Shown: positions 63,801 through 64,000 of the stretch, one piece after another
Position numbering within the stretch: position 1 is the stretch's first letter
Layout: each line of letters begins with the position of its first letter
From: the human T2T-CHM13v2.0 reference genome, Homo sapiens
Strand: one strand, 5' to 3'
DNA length: 64,000 bases
Assembly (NCBI RefSeq): GCF_009914755.1
Contig: NC_060927.1
Made by a program: the position numbers and the translations under genes
The notes under the pieces: generated by a model
Seen by the model: only the letters and a program-made list of their open reading frames with translations
What the model was told of the DNA's origin: nothing
Databases searched by the model: none

Positions 63801-64000
63801 TGATATACTGTACATGAAATATCAAAGTTCACAAACTGTATATTATATACTGTAGATAAAATATCAAAGTACCGAAGGTATATATTCTATACTGTACAAA
63901 AAATATCAAAGTACCCAAAGCATGTATTATATACTGTACATAAAATATGAAAGTACATCAAATATATATTTTATTCTGTACATAAAATAACAAAGTACAC
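60800..64000 (+). repeat. Subdomain Y3: third block of Y-type units, runs off the window edge
   Basis: Y variants resume abruptly at ~60821 (ttatgtaccatacata..aaaggaacccc). Cassettes at ~61013 and 61601 are 588 apart. Confidence 0.87.

Larger units (their letters stand above)
1..64000 (+). repeat. Satellite 1A (HSat1A/SAR, classical satellite I) tandem array: 42-bp monomer, 378-bp nine-monomer higher-order repeat
   Basis: Seen: TGTACATAAAATAT(C/G)AAAGTAC recurs every 42 bp from start to end. Nine monomer types cycle in fixed order: A agtaccccaaat, B agttcacaaact, C agtacccaaggt, D agtacccaaagc, E gaaagtacatc..ttttattc, F agtacaccagat, G agtacccaaactatacat, H gaaattacatc..taggtac, I gaaagtacatcaaatatagat. 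ORF starts recur at 378-bp steps (37312, 37690, 38068, 38446). Established: the 17+25-bp RsaI-defined 42-mer with a 378-bp 9-mer is the known HSat1A organisation. Confidence 0.96.

Noticed and set aside
1-64000. CRISPR-like pattern of a constant ~25-bp motif separated by variable ~17-bp segments
   Set aside because: The variable parts are homologous to each other and cycle every nine monomers. There are no unique spacers, leader or cas genes.
1-64000. Alpha satellite, HSat2/3, HSat1B or telomeric repeat
   Set aside because: No 171-bp period, CENP-B box, CATTC pentamers, Alu-containing ~2.4-kb unit or TTAGGG runs; ttaggt occurs only once per unit.
1-64000. TATA-box-like motifs (tatataaaa, tataaa)
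   Set aside because: Expected by chance in such AT-rich sequence, with no promoter context.
1-64000. Assignment to a specific chromosome or species
   Set aside because: HSat1A occurs at several loci and there is no unique flank in the window; this needs alignment to complete assemblies.

Overview
The whole 64-kb window is one uninterrupted, single-orientation, very AT-rich satellite array. The 42-bp monomer is a 17-bp ACATAAAATAT(C/G)AAAGT part plus a ~25-bp ACCCAAA..TATATTATATACTGT part, each ending at a GTAC. Nine monomer types form a 378-bp higher-order unit. This matches human/ape satellite 1A (HSat1A, SAR, classical satellite I). I find no credible gene, RNA gene, transposon or CRISPR; the ORFs arise because 42 is divisible by 3 and one frame is usually stop-free. 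The array is a mosaic of sequence-defined subdomains: a 373-bp deletion-variant domain with nested 7109-, 6358- and 3740-bp periods, a 378-bp domain with its own diagnostic variants and a 588-bp rearranged cassette, and more diverged domains that recur at 10-18 kb distances. The most interesting speculative signal is strand-specific. A + strand transcript would carry about 5-6 exact Pumilio elements (UGUANAUA) per unit, while the - strand carries an AAUAAA in nearly every unit. All boundaries were read by eye and are approximate. The chromosome of origin cannot be determined from the window.
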